Part shown: piece after piece, positions 62,452 through 64,000 of the stretch | Layout of the letters: the number at the start of each line of letters is the position of its first letter | Numbering within the stretch: the first letter of the stretch is position 1 | Origin: Mobula hypostoma | Taxonomy: Eukaryota | DNA: 64,000 nucleotides | Direction: 5' to 3' | NCBI RefSeq assembly: GCF_963921235.1 | Contig: NC_086097.1 | Coordinates: 248,870,001 to 248,934,000, forward strand | Made by a program: the position numbers and the translations under genes | The notes under the pieces: generated by a model | What the model was told of the DNA's origin: nothing | The model's input: the letters and a program-made list of their open reading frames with translations, nothing else | Database searches by the model: none

Positions 62452-64000
62452 AATGACTGTTGAGCTGTTTTTGGATTGGAACAATGGCTGTTGAGGTGTT
62501 TTTGGATTGGAACAATGGCTGTTGAGGTGTTTTTGGATTGGAACAATGGCTGTTGAGGTGTTTTTGGATTGGAACAATGGCTGTTGAGGTGTTTTTGGAT
62601 TGGAACAATGACTGTTGAGCTGTTTTTGGATTGTAACAATGGCTGTTGAGGTGTTTATGGATTGGAACAATGACTGTTGAGGTGTTTTTGGATTGGAACA
62701 ATGGCTGTTGAGGTGTTTATGGATTGGAACAATGACTGTTGAGGTGTTTTTGGATTGGAACAATGACTGTTGAGCTGTTTTTGGATTGGAACAGTGGCTG
62801 TTGAGGTGTTTTTGGATTGGAACAATGACTGTTGAGCTGTTTTTGGATTGGAACAGTGGCTGTTGAGCTGTTTTTGGATTGGAACAATGGCTGTTGAGGT
62901 GTTTTTGGATTGTAACAATGGCTGTTGAGCTGTTTTTGGATTGGAACAATGGCTGTTGAGGTGTTTTTGGATTGGAACAATGGCTGTTGAGGTGTTTTTG
63001 GATTGGAACAATGGCTGTTGAGGTGTTTTTGGATTGGAACAATGGCTGTTGAGGTGTTTTTGGATTGGAACAATGGCTGTTGAGGTGTTTTTGGATTGTA
63101 ACAATGGCTGTTGAGCTGTTTTTGGATTGGAACAATGGCTGTTGAGGTGTTTTTGGATTGGAACAATGGCTGTTGAGGTGTTTTTGGATTGGAACAATGG
63201 CTGTTGAGGTGTTTTTGGATTGGAACAATGGCTGTTGAGGTGTTTTTGGATTGGAACAATGGCTGTTGAGGTGTTTTTGGATTGGAACAATGACTGTTGA
63301 GCTGTTTTTGGATTGGAACAATGACTGTTGAGGTGTTTTTGGATTGGAACAATGACTGTTGAGCTGTTTTTGGATTGGAACAATGACTGTTGAGGTGTTT
63401 TTGGACTGGAACAATGGCTGTTGAGGTGTTTTTGGATTGGAACAATGGCTGTTGAGGTGTTTTTGGATTGGAACAATGGCTGTTGAGGTGTTTTTGGATT
63501 GGAACAATGACTGTTGAGCTGTTTTTGGATTGGAACAATGGCTGTTGAGGTGTTTTTGGATTGGAACAATGACTGTTGAGCTGTTTTTGGATTGGAACAA
63601 TGACTGTTGAGCTGTTTTTGGATTGGAACAATGGCTGTTGAGGTGTTTTTGGATTGGAACAATGACTGTTGAGCTGTTTTTGGATTGTAACAATGGCTGT
63701 TGAGGTGTTTATGGATTGGAACAATGACTGTTGAGGTGTTTTTGGATTGTAACAATGGCTGTTGAGGTGTTTATGGATTGGAACAATGACTGTTGAGGTG
63801 TTTTTGGATTGGAACAATGGCTGTTGAGGTGTTTTTGGATTGGAACAATGGCTGTTGAGGTGTTTATGGATTGGAACAATGACTGTTGAGGTGTTTTTGG
63901 ATTGTAACAATGGCTGTTGAGGTGTTTATGGATTGGAACAATGACTGTTGAGGTGTTTTTGGATTGTAACAATGGCTGTTGAGGTGTTTATGGATTGGAA
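62452..64000. repeat. 31-bp minisatellite (about 50 units, runs off window)
   Basis: Unit TGTTGAGGTGTTTTTGGATTGGAACAATGGC with variants. Confidence 0.98.

Noticed and set aside
62227..63972. Long minus-strand ORFs (366-488 aa)
   Set aside because: They are translations of a stop-free 31-bp tandem unit in all three frames, with no splice or domain support.
49410..64000. Next col15a1 exon (GSxQQL-type) or Gly-X-Y exons
   Set aside because: Not recognised by eye. It probably lies beyond the window, although a short exon could have been missed.

Overview
Eukaryotic, repeat-dense vertebrate DNA. The CR1, V-SINE and Penelope repeat content suggests a cartilaginous fish, probably a ray (inference only). 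Most of the window is intronic or upstream sequence of a + strand collagen XV gene (col15a1-like). Two coding exons are supportable. The first is the 548-bp TSPN/laminin-G exon (48862-49409). The second lies 6 kb upstream (42448-42799), encodes a signal peptide plus a Trp-rich and Thr/Pro/Ala-rich segment, splices in frame, and resembles the alternative N-terminal exon known from collagen XVIII. The rest is nested, degenerate transposable elements: many CR1 LINEs, Rex1/Babar-like, L1, R4/Dong and RTE-related fragments, two Gypsy LTR relics, Penelope-like GIY-YIG fragments with minimal hammerhead ribozyme motifs, tRNA-derived SINEs and MITEs. Three large minisatellites (39, 37 and 31 bp units) are also present. 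There are no prokaryotic-type systems or CRISPR arrays. Almost all ORFs in the track are TE remnants or repeat artefacts. Repeat boundaries are approximate unless a TSD is cited.
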